From Eledone cirrhosa (lineage: Eukaryota), in contig OZ024746.1 of assembly GCA_964016885.1 (NCBI GenBank), forward strand, positions 37,324,001 through 37,388,000: a stretch of 64,000 nucleotides of DNA, written 5' to 3'. Below the pieces are notes generated by a model. That model was not told where the DNA came from, searched no databases, and saw only the letters and a program-made list of their open reading frames with translations. The translations under genes were made by a program, and so were the position numbers. Of the stretch, positions 1 through 14,666 are shown one piece after another. Numbering within the stretch: position 1 is the stretch's first letter; each line of letters opens with the position of its first letter.

Positions 1-723
1 GGGTTGTGGTGAGTAAAAATATTATAGATTGAAGTAAGTAAATAATATGCAGAGAGATGTTTAAGTAAGAAGTTCTGAAAGGGTCCTAATGTTGCAGTTA
101 TACTATCTACATAGTTAACGATGGTGCCGTACAGTAGAACTGAGGGTAAATTACAGTATTACGGGTAGTAGTCAATCGGGTACATAGTCGTAATTTCCAT
201 CACATGGAACAAAACCAACAAAAACATATATAAAGTACACAAAAGAAAAGAACCAATGAATGAATAAATGAATGAATGAATGAGTGAATGAATGAATGGA
301 TGAATGCAAAAACACAGTACATATATGCAAAATGATCCATATTATTGTCAATTTGTCCATGTATAGGTTGAATTGAGGGGGCTTCTGTTCAAATGCGATT
401 TGGTGCAGAAAAAAATAGGGGTTTATCTTTGTTTCCTTCGTATGTATCCTGCCGAAAGTTATTATTATGTCCGTCCAGTGTCAGGGGTTTCTATCCCATG
501 GTAGAGGGAATTTCCAGGGGTAGCTCATGGTTGGTTCCTCTCTTCTCCACCATATCGGTTACATCATAGAGCGCTCAACTAATAGGAGCTAAATTCTTAG
601 GGTAACTATTGATGCAATTCAAATCAAGCTCTCAACGTACTTATTCCGCATAGTAGTGACGGAGTAAATATCGAATAAGGAAAAGCGAAATAATTTCAGA
701 TGTTCAAGTCCTTTAATAATAAT

Positions 724-797
724 GCTGTGATATATATTTCAATGGCGAAAGTGGCCACACTATTCTGTGGGCCAGTCTCGCGACATCGTCAGACAGC
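724..797 (-). ncRNA. Type I hammerhead ribozyme motif
   Basis: Minus strand reads GCTGT-CTGACGA-[branched stem II]-GAA-ATATATAT-C-ACAGC. Stem I GCTGT/ACAGC, canonical core, palindromic stem III, AUC cleavage triplet. Confidence 0.75.
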
Positions 798-847
798 TCT
801 CTATATATATACATATAGTTATATAATAAACAACATAAGGCAATTAT

Positions 848-905
848 TCCATTTACCAGTGGTTTCTTAAAAGCAAAAGATTTTGCTTTCAATCCTCAGA
901 ATGAA
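848..905 (-). ncRNA. Type I hammerhead ribozyme motif
   Basis: Minus strand reads TTCATT-CTGAGGA-TTGAAAGCAAAA/TTTTGCTTTTAA-GAA-ACC act GGT-A-AATGGA. All three stems pair, GUA triplet. The 5' half of the same family recurs on + at about 23925-23985. Confidence 0.8.
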
Positions 906-1016
906 AAAATCCTGGTCTGTTTATTGAATTTGGATTTAAAAAAAACAAAAATGCAATATATATGAAAGTCAGCCTGGAGAAAGAAGAAGGAAAGGAAAAA
1001 TAAAATAAAATCACAC

Positions 1017-1073
1017 ATGCAAACACACACACAAACACGCACACACACACACACAAGCATACATACACACACC

Positions 1074-1155
<82 letters not shown>

Positions 1156-1379
1156 CAATAATACATGCACACACACATATATACACACATACACATACAT
1201 ATACACATATACACATACATATACACATATATACATACGCACATAAATATCAACACATCCATACATACATATACATATATACAACCACATATATACATAT
1301 ATACATATACCACACACATTTATACACACATACATACATATAGAAACATAAATATCCATATATATACATATACATATAC

Positions 1380-1436
<57 letters not shown>

Positions 1437-1996
1437 AGCATACACATACACAAACATAGCCATACACACATACATATGCATACATACATACATGCACACA
1501 ATCATACATATATACACACGTACATACATACACATACATAAATGCACTCCTCTACATATTCACACACGCAAATAAGTATAAGAAAAAATATATATAAACA
1601 AATAAAAATATTATTGAGTTGACAGCGATACAAACAGCGGGTAGATGAACAGACACGCGTGGTAAGTAATACACACAAATGCACGTATACATACGTACGA
1701 AATAGTGAATACATACACACACTCTAACACATAAATATACATATACAAATACATAAACACATACATACACATACACACATACATGCACTAACACGCACAC
1801 ACACACGTATGCAATTATACACACACATATATACACACACACATATATATATACATATATATATATAAATATAAAAATACACATACACATATATATGCAT
1901 ATATACACACACACATATACATACATGGCTATACAATTATACACATACAAATACGTACATATCATAAACACGCACAACCAAATACAAACACACACT

Positions 1997-2031
<35 letters not shown>
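1017..2031. repeat. Compound (CA)n/(TA)n/(CATA)n microsatellite
   Basis: Directly visible. Source of the Y/I/C/V/H/T pseudo-ORFs. Confidence 0.95.
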
Positions 2032-2032
<1 letters not shown>

Positions 2033-4195
2033 ACGAAGGAAATGTGGTAAGGAACCAGGTGGACCATAACGCACCAAAGTACTCAATACTTCAGGTAGTA
2101 GAGTGGGTAATAGGAACCAGTAAGACCCCGACAGCTGAGCTCAAGCCGTTTCGACGGCTAATTCTGGACTAAATGAAAATTTATCCTGGTATTTAAATAG
2201 CCGATCTTCTCAAGGGGTAATTCCATATATGGTCAAAGTGATTGTCAAAAATCAGTAGTAATTCTGTGGTTGCAAATTAGTAGGGGAGATGGTGGATAAA
2301 CCTGCCAGTAGGAGAAAGAGGGGAGGGGGTGGTGTAGACCCAATCAAGCGTTTGTAGTGCCAGCTACAGCTGGGCATGAGGTCAAAGAAGATACAGGGGA
2401 GGGGGAGGGGGAGGAAGTTGGAACGGTAGGTAGAACAATGGGGGGTAGAAATATATAGGAAAGAAAAAATGCTGAGAGTGAAGAACAGCAAATAAGTGTA
2501 AAGAAAAAAGTAAAGTCAATTAAATTCTACGACCTAGGTCTCTAGCTATTGTTAGGCTAGAATAAATAAATAAATAAATAAATAAAGAAGTAAAGAAAGA
2601 AATAAAGAAATAACGAAATAAGTAAAAGAACTAGGTGGGACGGTATAGGCAAGGACCCTTTTAAGAGGTATAAGTACGTACATGATACGGTGACTGGTCA
2701 ACAAAAGGGGCCAAAATACTAAAGAGACTACCACGAAATAAACAATAAAGGTTTGCATCCCGGGCACAATGCCAGCAACCACCCAGTGCAGCAAAGTGAA
2801 CTAGTACGAGATAATAATTCTGAGTCCCGAGAAAAATATATACTAATGCTAACTCTAAAAGATCTAAAACAAGCTACATGAAAGTTCGTACGAAGTAAAG
2901 GTAGAATACGGAAAAATAAATTCAGAATCCACACCGCCCAAAAGAAAAGCGAAGAAAGAAATACTGAAACGAAAAAATAAGGCATAAGTGCCACTAAGAA
3001 ATATAGAGGGCACAGAGAATAGTGGGAGCGGTCGGAAAAAGGGGACAAGTATCCGGGGTCTAAACCAACTGCTATAAAGGGCGGAGTCCGCCAAATCTAT
3101 CCTAGACTAGGGGAGGGGGTGGGGGTACTAAGGCTACAAGGGGCCAAAGGGCAGCCTCGGGTGGGCGAGAAAAGACGCCGACAAAGGAGAAGAGCTGGGG
3201 TAGAAGGACTAAGGAGAGAGGGGGGAAGGAAATAAAGGAAGCGATAAAAGAATACAAAGAAGATCTTACGTCTCCCTTGGCAAGCAGGGGTTACCCATTG
3301 CAAAATCGGCAAGTGGGGTGTTATGCTGTTTTCGACGGACCAACTCCTAAACAAGAAAGATGAATTGGTTACTGCATGTAAACATAGATTGCATAGGACT
3401 TACCTCGCCCTCAAACCCCATAATGACCCGGGGCGGTAGACTAGGGCTATAACACCCCACTTGCCGATTTTGCAATGAGTAACCCCTGCTTGCCAAGGTA
3501 GACGTAAGATCTTCTTTGTATTCTTTTATCGCTTCCTTTATTTCCATCCCCCTCTCTCCTTAGTCATTCTACCCCAGCTCTTCTCCTTTGTCGGCGTCTT
3601 TTCTCGCCCACCCGAGACTGCCCTTTGGCCCCTTGTAGCCTTAGTACCCCCACCCCCTCCCCTAGTCTAGGATAGATTTGGCGGACTCCACCCTTTATAG
3701 CAGTTGGTTTAGACCCCGGATGCTTGTCCCCTTTTTCCGACCGCTCCCACTATTCTCTGTGCCCTCTATATTTCTTAGTGGCACTTATGCCTTATTTTTT
3801 CGTTTCAGTATTTCTTTCTTCGCTTTTCTTTTGGGCGGGGTGGATTCTGAATTTATTTTTCCGTATTCTATCTTTACTTCGTACGAACTTTCATGTAGCT
3901 TGTTTTAGATCTTTTAGAGTTAGCATTAGTATATATTTTTCTCGAGACTCAGAATTATTATCTCGTACTAGTTCACTTTGCTGCACTGGGTGGTTGCTGG
4001 CATTGTGGCCGGGATGGAAACCTTTATTGTTTATTTCGTGGTAGTCTCTTTAGTATTTTGGCCCCTTTTGTTGACCCGTCACCGTATCATGTACGTACTT
4101 ATACCTCTTAAAAGGGTCCTTGCCTATACTGTCCCACCTAGTTCTTTTACTTATTTCGTTATTTCTTTATTTCTTTCTTTACTTCTTTCTGTCTT
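2031..4195 (-). mobile_element. Non-coding PLE-type element with terminal HHR and ~740-bp internal inverted repeat
   Basis: Flanked by (TA)n on both sides. Arms ~2584-3324 and ~3449-4188 are reverse complements (mirror ORFs 2728-3048 vs 3724-4044). The terminus TAACGAAGGAAATGTGG recurs at 53162 and, inverted, at about 33224. Confidence 0.7.
2125..2218 (-). ncRNA. Type I hammerhead ribozyme, U3-A8 core variant
   Basis: Minus strand reads ACCCC-TTGAGAA-GATCGGCTA...TAGCCGTC-GAA-ACGGCT tgagctc AGCTGT-C-GGGGT. Stem I is 5 bp, GUC triplet, palindromic loop III. Confidence 0.75.
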
Positions 4196-4212
4196 AAATA
4201 CTTATATATTAA

Positions 4213-4301
<89 letters not shown>

Positions 4302-4311
<10 letters not shown>

Positions 4312-4730
4312 TAAACGGAATAGTAAATGCTGACAAATTGTTCACAGTTGAAAAATGGTTTAATTAGGAATAAAAGAGTATTAGTGATTGTATGGGTTAG
4401 TATTCAGTTGTGGTTTTAAGTTTTTAAGTTTTTACTGGTTGCGCATTTCTAAATGCTTTTCAAAAATAATTTTGAGATAGAGTGTCCGTGCTGTTTGCTC
4501 TGATCTGCGCAGATCTGCTGTTTGCCCAGATCAGAGCAAACAGCTCGAACACTCTATCTCAAAATTATTTTTGAAAAGCATTTAGAAATGCGCAACCGGT
4601 AAAAACTTAAAAACATAAAACCACAACTGAATACTAACCCATACAATCACTAATACTCTTTTATTCCTAATTAAACCATTTTTCAACTGTGAACAATTTG
4701 TCAGCATTTTCTATTCCGTTTACCAATATA
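4302..4730. mobile_element. ~430-bp fold-back element (inverted PLE terminal repeat pair) with an HHR-like motif in each arm
   Basis: Arms ~4302-4507 and ~4527-4730 are near-perfect reverse complements. The right arm at 4568-4604 reads TTT-TTGAAAA-GCATT..AATGC-GCA-ACCGGT-A-AAA. Adjacent to (TA)n. Confidence 0.7.
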
Positions 4731-4779
4731 TAATAACTTGTGTGTTACACCTCTATTCTTTTAACTATATATATATATA

Positions 4780-4860
<81 letters not shown>

Positions 4861-5387
4861 AGAGAGAGAGAGAGATAAGGAGAGAGAAAGAGAAGGAAAG
4901 AGAGAGAGAAGCAAAGATATATAAATCGTATCGAAAATACATGTATACAGAAATGTATGTAGGATTTTGTATAGAGATCGAGTTGCAAAGGATAAATAAA
5001 TAGAAAGTAGATGATGGATAAGGGGAAGAGATCTTGAAAGGGAATATCATGTATTAACGTATATATATATATGCGTATACATGTACATGCCGTTAGCATT
5101 GCTGATATTCACAGAATGTGTTAGGGACAATCTATTTGTAATAATGACAATAAATAATCTTGACACAATCTATCGAATGTGTCGTAAATATCGAAAACAT
5201 GAGAATTCTATGACACTGATCCTACATTCGAAATGATCTCGTAAATCCTAGAAAACTCACGTAATTTGAATGAACACATAGCCACTAAATAATATCCATA
5301 ACTATGCAAAACCAGACAACTTGATGTATACAGATGAACTTACTATAAATGATATAAATATCAATCGCTATGTCTTATTTTGCCAGA

Positions 5388-5515
5388 GGGTTGGCAGTTT
5401 TCGTCACGTCGTATCGTAGAAGTACAGCCTTTAACGATATGATTTCAAATTCTGCCGAGGTTAGCCTTACACTCTCCCCTTATAGGTTTGATAAAATGAA
5501 GTACCAGCAATATAT
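5388..5515 (+). mobile_element. Degenerate tRNA-derived SINE
   Basis: B-box-like GATTTCAAATTC followed by GCCGAGGTT...TTGATAAAATGAAGTACCAG, as in the better copies at 12144 and 14667. Confidence 0.55.
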
Positions 5516-6059
5516 GGAAAGGGGGTAGTTAAAAATATTGTTCATCTAATATATAATGTTGACAATATTAGAATTGTGTGATTTCACGTTTCTGGACATC
5601 GTAATTTCTATTTGTTCCTTAAGCTGAAACCACGCATTTACGTATACATTACATTCATCATTTTCTATTTGATAATCTAGTTTATTTTGAAAGTAAACTA
5701 TGTTTGCTCTTCAATATAAAGGGCGACTTTATAAAATATGAGACTTTGTATGAAATATATACTGAAAATATCTCTAAATGCGTTCAACAGGTGGACCTAT
5801 CTGAAAGTCATGTAGGATTTAATTCCCTCTGTTCCATGAGGCATACTTTGCTGATGGTTGCTAGTGATATTGTTCATTACAATGGGAGCTCAGTCGTGAA
5901 TTTGTAGATATATTCATGAAATTCCATACATTTCACAGTTGAAAATGCATGCCAGTTTCTTTGCATAGTGTATATTTTCAAGAAGGATGCATTGTAAGTA
6001 ACCAGCTAGTGAATATCTAAAATTGTAATTGTACTCTGAACCCATGGATACGCCATCGG

Positions 6060-6222
6060 TATTTTTGATAAGTTTAACTATATCTCTCCTTGAACATTTT
6101 TCGGAGGACTTTAAAAGGTTTTGTGCATGTGTTTGTTTCCATCCAAGACGAACAAGGATGAGTATTACCACTTCGACCATATCTAATGGATTTGCCTCCT
6201 CATGTGACGAGATCTTTGGCAT
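6060..6222 (-). pseudogene. Possible death-fold (death domain-like) coding remnant
   Basis: EEANPLDMVEVVILILVRLGWKQTHAQNLLKSSEKCSRRDIVKLIK resembles the C-terminal helices of a death domain (NP-D...W...R-D-I). The upstream frame is interrupted. Judged by eye only. Confidence 0.3.
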
Positions 6223-7190
6223 TAATAATTTTTTTTTAATGCTAACAAGTTAAACAGTATATCGCAGTGAAAAAGGTCTCATTTCTGAAATTCAACACAA
6301 TTTGCATTCACGCGAGATTTTGTACGTGAAGTAGATATTCCATCTTGATATCCTATAGAATGCATTACGGTGAGTATTAAAATCATTTGCAATTAAACAT
6401 GTTCTGTTTTCTAATGTTTCATTATGTTTCGTATATTGTTAGAATCTGAGATTTTCGGTGTAATGGTTCGGTTAAAAACTTGGGCTTGTTTATAATATTT
6501 TCCATTCGGTGCAAAGTTAATTACAAAATAACGATGTATGTTTCTTCAAAGTACTTGAAATGATGAGGATTTGCGTAACTGGAAATTTCGTTCATATTCA
6601 TTTGGTATTTATGAGGTCTCTTACTCTCTCTGATTGATTACTTCTAATTAACTGAAACTTTCCCAAAATACCTTTCAGGTAGGCGTATATTAAGTACTGA
6701 TTTAATGTATCACCACTGACCTTTAGATGATGATGTGGGTGATTATGATGATGATGATTGTGAATGAATTAATTATTCCCAAACTGAAAATCGAATGCAG
6801 CAATTAAAAAGATAATTTTTGTCTCAAGGACGAAATCGCGCTGATGCTTCTCATAGAAAATATACATTTCATTCTCTCTATATCTATCTGACACTATGGC
6901 TATATCTTTTTCTCCCCCTCCTCTTTCTTTTTTCTTTATTTTATTTTAAAATTGCTGCCATATAAGTGGGTTATAGAGGAATATATACTCGTTTGATCGT
7001 CAAATGTTCGTTAAAGCCAACGAGGCAAATCGCCTAAGAATATGTCTCACTAAATACTTACTAACATTATGTCTCTGAATCAGTATATTATATATGCGTG
7101 AATGTAGACATGCGGGTCCGAGTGAAGTTATTAATGTGTGACTCTAATACTATTTATATTTGTGAGGGTGTATAAATATGTATGTATATA

Positions 7191-7735
<545 letters not shown>

Positions 7736-9052
7736 GATGTCAATGTAAGGCTGTATGTGTGTTTATAGAGTATGTGGATAAAGAGATTGCTTAGTTCAAA
7801 GACATTTAAATTTGTGGCATGAAAGAGACATTATAAATGAAAGACGCGTTTTATCTTTTGAATCTTACATACATGAATGTTTAAACACACAGGTACACTT
7901 GAACATGTACATTCGCTCTTACAACAGCAATTAAAATATAGTTCCGAACCACACATAACTACTCACACTTTCTGATATAGTTTGTACATAATACCGCATC
8001 TGCATATCTTATGATGATGATGGTGAATCTTCTCGTATTAAAGTTTTATTGCTTTGTTTTGAAAAGTTGCAGCTGGCCTTGTATATACGAGTGTTAATCT
8101 ACTGTACAACCATTGCGTTTTATCCATGTCCAGCATTTTAAAATCTTACTTGTTCAATCGATCTTGATGAAGATAACTACTATAGAGTGTGAAACTGTGT
8201 GATGTAACGAGCCTAAACTTTATGTAATTAACGAACGATACATTATCTTGCTATGCTGACTTCAAACAATAACATCACATAGCAAATTTAAAGATAAGCA
8301 ACTATAGTACATGGTCCGAGAGAGAAGTTCCTTTTGCATCTCGGTCAGTCTTCTAACTGAAATTAACCTCTTCGTGAAATGGTTCATTGATTGTTAATGC
8401 ATCATATCACTTATAATGTATTTATATATTTATGATATCTTATTTGACATGAAGGGATTTTATAACGATGAATTATTTCGTTCGTATTTAAAAACAATAC
8501 AAATAGAAGAATCAGATGAGAAATGATCATATATTTCATTTATATTTCTGTTCATAGTGTGCATAAAACAAAGTCTTCGACATTGAATGTTTTATAACTG
8601 TATTTCATTTTCCATAATTCAGCTTTTACCCTGATGCAGAATTCACCTTATATATATATATATATATGGATGTAAACAATATACATGTTGATACATATAT
8701 GTACCAACACAATACAGAATATTATTCCGAATATAAGGAAAACGCGCAAACTATTCAAACAAAAAATTGCACAATAGGTGGATATTTCCGATGGTCACTC
8801 GTGAGAAAAACCGCAAGAGAGTCACGGTTACACAGACCAATTGTGCAAGCACTTATGCCCAGTTTTCCTCCTCCAGTTCGAGGTGCACAATCAGAGCAGG
8901 CACATTCACAGGCGGCATTTTCGCTACTCTAACCCACCTTAAACAAACTGGTTGGAAAGGATCACTTGCCTCCTCTCTCTCTTCTCTCTCTCTCTGTCTT
9001 TTTCTCTCTGTCTCACTTTCTCTCTCTCTTTCTCTCTCTCTCTATATATATG

Positions 9053-9143
<91 letters not shown>

Positions 9144-9520
9144 GTCTTTCATGGGATAAATCATTAGAGCGTTCGCCAAACTAATTCAAGTAGAATAATT
9201 AGAATATTTTTTTAGAAGAATAATCCTAACATGATTTGCTGTCTGTTGTTTTCATTTTTTTTTCATTAGGATATCCATGAAATAAAATGTGTCGATTTTG
9301 TGAAGCAAACAGAATTAGACGAGTAAGAGTAATTTGTTATGTATTCATATATTATATAAAGTCACTCTTCATGTATTGGGCAGCATATTTTCATTTTGTT
9401 ACTATTTCTTTCTTAACAAAATAGATCTAAAGAATTATGTATGTAGATTCATATATATGCGTGTGTTAATTCGTGTGCTTGTTTGTGAGTGTGTGCGAAT
9501 ATATTACCATGTATGTATTT

Positions 9521-9575
<55 letters not shown>

Positions 9576-9663
9576 TATTGGTGCTCTGAAATAGCGATGT
9601 ATACATATATGTATACATATAATTAAACGTACGTTATATTTCGCAATATACCGTACGTTTAAT

Positions 9664-9700
<37 letters not shown>

Positions 9701-9723
9701 ATGCGTGTGGGTGTATGTGTGTA

Positions 9724-9769
<46 letters not shown>

Positions 9770-10493
9770 TGTGTTTGTGTGTGTGTGTGTGTACATATAT
9801 ACATAAGCATACTTGCATGTGTCTGTGAATGTTTGAACATGTGCATGCATAAATTTGCAATATGCATTGTCAACTATATTTTGAGTATTAATGGTTTTCA
9901 CCTCACGGCTACGAAGTGTGCAACTTTATCAACGGTAAGACATCATCGATTGCCTTCCGATGCCATCGGTGGTATGGGTTATATTTAAACAATCGGAGTA
10001 ATCAATTGTAGTGTTCCCTCAACAGATATATCCCCAATGCATACTACTTACACAATATACACCCGAAAGCTACCAACATATATCATATATATCACGACAG
10101 TTCAAACTTGATGACTGCCTTTCTTCTTTTCATTACGTTTTCTTCTTTCTTTTATTTCTTCCTTTTCTTTCTTTCCTTCTGATACATTTTCAGCAAACTT
10201 TCGTCGTTGCAATACTTTCATTTATTTCATGTGAATTTCATCCACAGGTTTCCAGCATTTCCTCACTAGATACATACAGCATTAGTATAACTTAATACTG
10301 TATACGAACACATATACGTATATACATAATTACATAACATGTATACGTACACACAGATACATATATACCTAACTACATACTTACCAACCTACCTACCAAC
10401 ATACTTACAAACATACACATATACATATATTCATACCCGCTTACATCCATCAATACATCCATGCATACATAAATACTTACATACATAAATGCA

Positions 10494-10830
10494 TGGTGGC
10501 TGCCAACTAGATTTCGAGTACGGCCTCTAACTTATATCCATCTAGGAGGACCCCTACCGATGCGCTGAAAGAGTGTGACTTTTTAGTCCAGCCAGTGACT
10601 TGCAAACTCTGGTACAAACACTACACTTGTGACAATTATTGACACATAGTGCTGGGCCCATGTTACCATGTGACGTCAAGTGCAGAGAGATCTCCATATA
10701 TAAAGCAATGCCTGTGTCGTGAAGCTTTTATAGTGAGCAAAGGCACTGCACAAAGCCAGTCCCACTCTCTTAACCAAGATGATATTTACCAAAAAGAAGA
10801 ACAAGTCAACATCATTGGATACCATCACAT
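10494..10830. repeat. Unclassified ~310-bp interspersed repeat in a (CATA)n context, copy 1
   Basis: Closely matches 61452-61762. Both copies begin ATGGTGGCTGCCAACT after CATA-rich DNA and end in CATA repeats. Confidence 0.8.
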
Positions 10831-11039
10831 ACATGCATACATACATAGATACGTACGTTATTAATCGCCACTGAATCTTTGGCTTCAATTAAAATTAAGT
10901 GATTGCCGGAATATCCAAATTCTATTTATTCCAAGCTAATAGAACAGGTCTCTTGGGTCCTTCAATATTATTCTATTTAAAACAATATTTTCAGTATTTT
11001 TGTAATTATCTGTTCATGTGTTTCTTTGCATTATCGTTC

Positions 11040-11358
11040 CTGTTGTTGTTATTAATATGTATTTGATATCTTAGTCATTGATGTAATTTAATCGAAAATA
11101 ATGTCCAAATGAACATCAAACCCTTCCCTGCAGCCTTTGATATTTAGAAAGTATCAGAATAGCATTCATATTCCCAGTAGGCGTGCCCATTAAAATGTTC
11201 CAAAAAACAGATGCTGAGCTAATGCTCTTGAGATAGTATCAAGGGCTCCTATAGCGATGGGAACGTCCTTCATCTGATGACAATCTCAAATACTTTCCAG
11301 TTCCCAGTTTTGATCCCGTTACCCTTTAAATATCATCTTTGCGCCTGCTCGAACTTTC
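11040..11358 (-). mobile_element. Old 3' fragment of an R4/Dong-type RLE retrotransposon
   Basis: Minus strand encodes decayed ..DCHQMKDVPIAIGALDTIS..FFGT.. followed by GGCTGCAGGGAAG...CATCAATGACTAAGAT, matching the 3' end of the element at 17350-17605. Confidence 0.7.
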
Positions 11359-12143
11359 ATCAATAGCAGTGAAATATCATTAGATACACTATTCGCTAAA
11401 ATGAGAAAAATGTGCGATTGATACTCCCCCAATTTCTTCCGCAATAAGTTTACAAAGCCCTGTCTAGACTAGAACTAAATAATAATGAAGCAGTTGAGAC
11501 GTCTAGAATACACCAATGTAACAACGTTTCTTTCTTTTTTTATTGAAACGCTACATTTCCCGAAAACAAGCTAAACTGTCACGATTAAAAGTTATGAGAA
11601 AATCGTGTAGCAGGTACATTTTTATATCACCTTGAAAGTTGTACATAGCAAGGGCTCACATATCTAAAGCAAAATTAACATTTCTGCTGCTGATTCAAAC
11701 AAAGTCTTGGAGTACACGTTTAAGGGTTTAATAAACTGTGGCTTTTGATCGACAAATTCGGGGTTTGTGATCCTATAATCATAGTCTATTCCTTTCATGA
11801 CCACATCCATTTCGTTGATAAACAGTGTATTTAAACACGGACTTCAGTCAGTACAAAACAAGATAAACGTTTGTGTTCACTTTTGTGGTACTCTTAATGG
11901 AATGTATGTCGGCATGTACATTACAAGTTATAATTGTTTCTTAACATGTAATAAGAGAAAGCAATATGCTATTATTATAAATATGAAAACCACTTTGACA
12001 AATACATTACCAAAAAACACGTATAGCATTTTAGGATCTCACATACGTAATAGTGCATTTAAAGTAGAAATCGAGCTTATGAGATTCCCAAAAGATGTAA
12101 TTGAGGACATATTCTCTCTGTTGTTGTTTAAACGTTAAAAGCA

Positions 12144-12325
12144 AATAATTGTTTCTACTTTAGGCACAAGGCCAGCAAATACCCAGTGCATTACTGGTAC
12201 TTTATTTTATCGACCCCGTAAGTATGAAAGGCAAAGTCAACCTCGGCGGGGTTTGAACTTAGATCGTAAAGGGACGTAACTATGCTGGAAAGCATGGCGT
12301 CCGACCCTCCACCGATACTGCCAAT
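12144..12325 (-). mobile_element. tRNA-derived SINE
   Basis: Minus strand has A-box TGGCAGTATCGG, B-box GTTCAAACC, central GCCTTTCATACTTACGGGGTCGATAAAATAAAGTACCAG and an ATT tail. Multiple copies in the window. Confidence 0.85.
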
Positions 12326-14666
12326 TGTAGATAGCTCCAGTAAGTTCACGTGATTAAAACTTCATGACAATATTAGCAAAATAGAGTGGATGTAGTATTT
12401 AAAGCCAACTGATGTGAGGAACATGGTTTTTTTTTTAAACAATCATTACTGATCGGCGAAGCTTAGGATAATGAGCTGGCAAGGCAATAAATGATCAATA
12501 ATATTTCAGGAACGAATAGGAATATAGAGACACTGAATATGAATTTCAAAAATATGGCTGAAGGAAAATACTAAATACATATACTGCAAAACTTTGAGTT
12601 GATCCAAGTAATTAGCAGACAAAAACTTCCCTTGGTGATGAATAGAATTCTTAAATCAACAAAAGACGGGGATAACTACAATACTAAATATCTAATGAAA
12701 TTGGAGACTTTGCATATTGTAGTGGAAAATATATTTAAAGCAAAATGGTTAAAGCAATATATATGTTTATGGAATATTTGACATCAACTCCAAAACATAT
12801 TTTACTAGGTGAAAAATATGTGGGTTGTGTGATGAATATATATATATATATATGGAAATAGATTCGTGAAATATCTCAGAGTAGCGTTTGGCTCATTATT
12901 AACAACTTGTTTGGGTCTTATATAAAAGGTAACATAGGACATTAATTAACCGAGTCACGTTTGAAGTTGTAACAATTGATAAACAATAAATTTGTATTAT
13001 TTTAGAGGGTATAATGATGAAATAAAAACATTTATAAAGTTGGCAAAAGTATTTTAAAATCTAGGTTCCCATACAAACGTATAAATCACGTTGTTCATTA
13101 TGAAATAAGAGTTATCTTCTCTGCGATGCAGAATTATGTTTCCATATGCTTCTATACGTGATAGCTACAACATTAGGAATAAGTAGCATTTGCAAAATTT
13201 AGAACGAGGAGAATTTCAGATAAGTAACAACACTAATGAATTTCATTTGTTGTCATTATCGCTATAATTTTTAAAATTTAGCTTTAGCTATTATTCAGAA
13301 AAAGGTTACACCCTTACGTTCTTGATTCAGTTGCTTGATTAATCATGTTCTAAATCCAATTTCATTTAAAGCTGGTTTTCAAACGAGAAGCTTAGTGGAT
13401 AGAGAATGAATATGCCTCAATCAGGACACATTCCAAAATGGCTATCCGCAGTTCATGTAGTATTGTATGAATTAGTTTGCCCTAAATAACAGTAAACTAT
13501 TTTCAGCGGTTATAAATTATACCTTATAAACATGTAGTCTAGTTTCGTGTCAACCTATCTTACTTTTAGATGAATTATCGGAATCTGCCTCTTCATATCC
13601 ATTGAATTGATGAAACAGGTAATTAAGTATAACCAAACATACATATACAGATACACGCACACTCATAAAATGCACACTTACATATTGTAACAATCGCTAT
13701 AGGCATATATATAAATGAACTTTCGCAATATTCTAATAAACCTCACTCTATGAAAATTGTAACTTACGACATTATCAAAGAAACACAATAGAGATTTATT
13801 TGAGTATGCTAATTACCAAAGACACTGAGGCTTTAGCTTACAGCGAGTGTGTTCTTTTTACAAAACGAATTTTTCGAAATTGAAAAGGTGAAAAATGTTA
13901 ATCAAATATTCGATTAACGAAAGGATTTCACCATTCGATATCCATATATTTAATCTTAAAGAGGAAACAAACCCTTTAACTACGTAGACGTTGGATAAAT
14001 GATAAAATTTGGAATGAAAAGTAACAGGAAACGTTTAAAATGATATATAGAGAATTATTAGAATAACATTCTCTCACTTTATACACATAAGCACATATTC
14101 ACACATACACGCACACACAGATGCTCATAGATAAAAATCCATCTTTGTAAATTGTATGAAGTTCCAGTAGTTAGATAATTGAGCGAAATTAAGCGTTAAA
14201 GGAAAACTTCTTGGGTTATGGTATGTAACCATGCCGTTATTGATTACTAATTAACCTAAATGTAATCATTTAAGGTTTAGTTTATTTTTCTCAATTCTAT
14301 TTGTTGAAATATCTCTAAGACAATCAAAATATTTTGAATTTCTTCATGTCATTTGTCTTTCAATTAAACTGCTGCAGGGAAATTAACCTGCTGTGGTAAT
14401 TAATAAACAGAATTTTATTGACTCTGTATATGCATAGTTTGTATGCATGTGTGTCCCCATGTAAAATAACATGTAAAACAGCATCTGCTGCAAGATATAT
14501 TTGTCCACAATAGGCGCAGTATGTATCTTTCGATTCACCTACTAACTTACTTCATTTACTGCTAATTAACAAACCAACCTATATACACAACAGAAGAAGA
14601 AGAAGAAGAAGAAGAAGTATATATCCCGCATAAAGGATCATATCTGTGTATCGCATCTATGTTAGA

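Noticed and set aside
889-1995. Long ORFs rich in Y/I/C/V/H/T (also near 7.1, 9.0, 24, 33, 41, 47, 53 and 58 kb)
   Set aside because: They are translations of (TA)n/(CA)n/(GA)n microsatellites, open in several frames on both strands.
8845-8905. HHR-like string on minus (CTGATTG...GAAAAC)
   Set aside because: The core and stems I/III do not fit well enough to call.
12480-12790. Possible ancient DNA-transposase remnant
   Set aside because: Only a vague resemblance, with no diagnostic motif or TIR.
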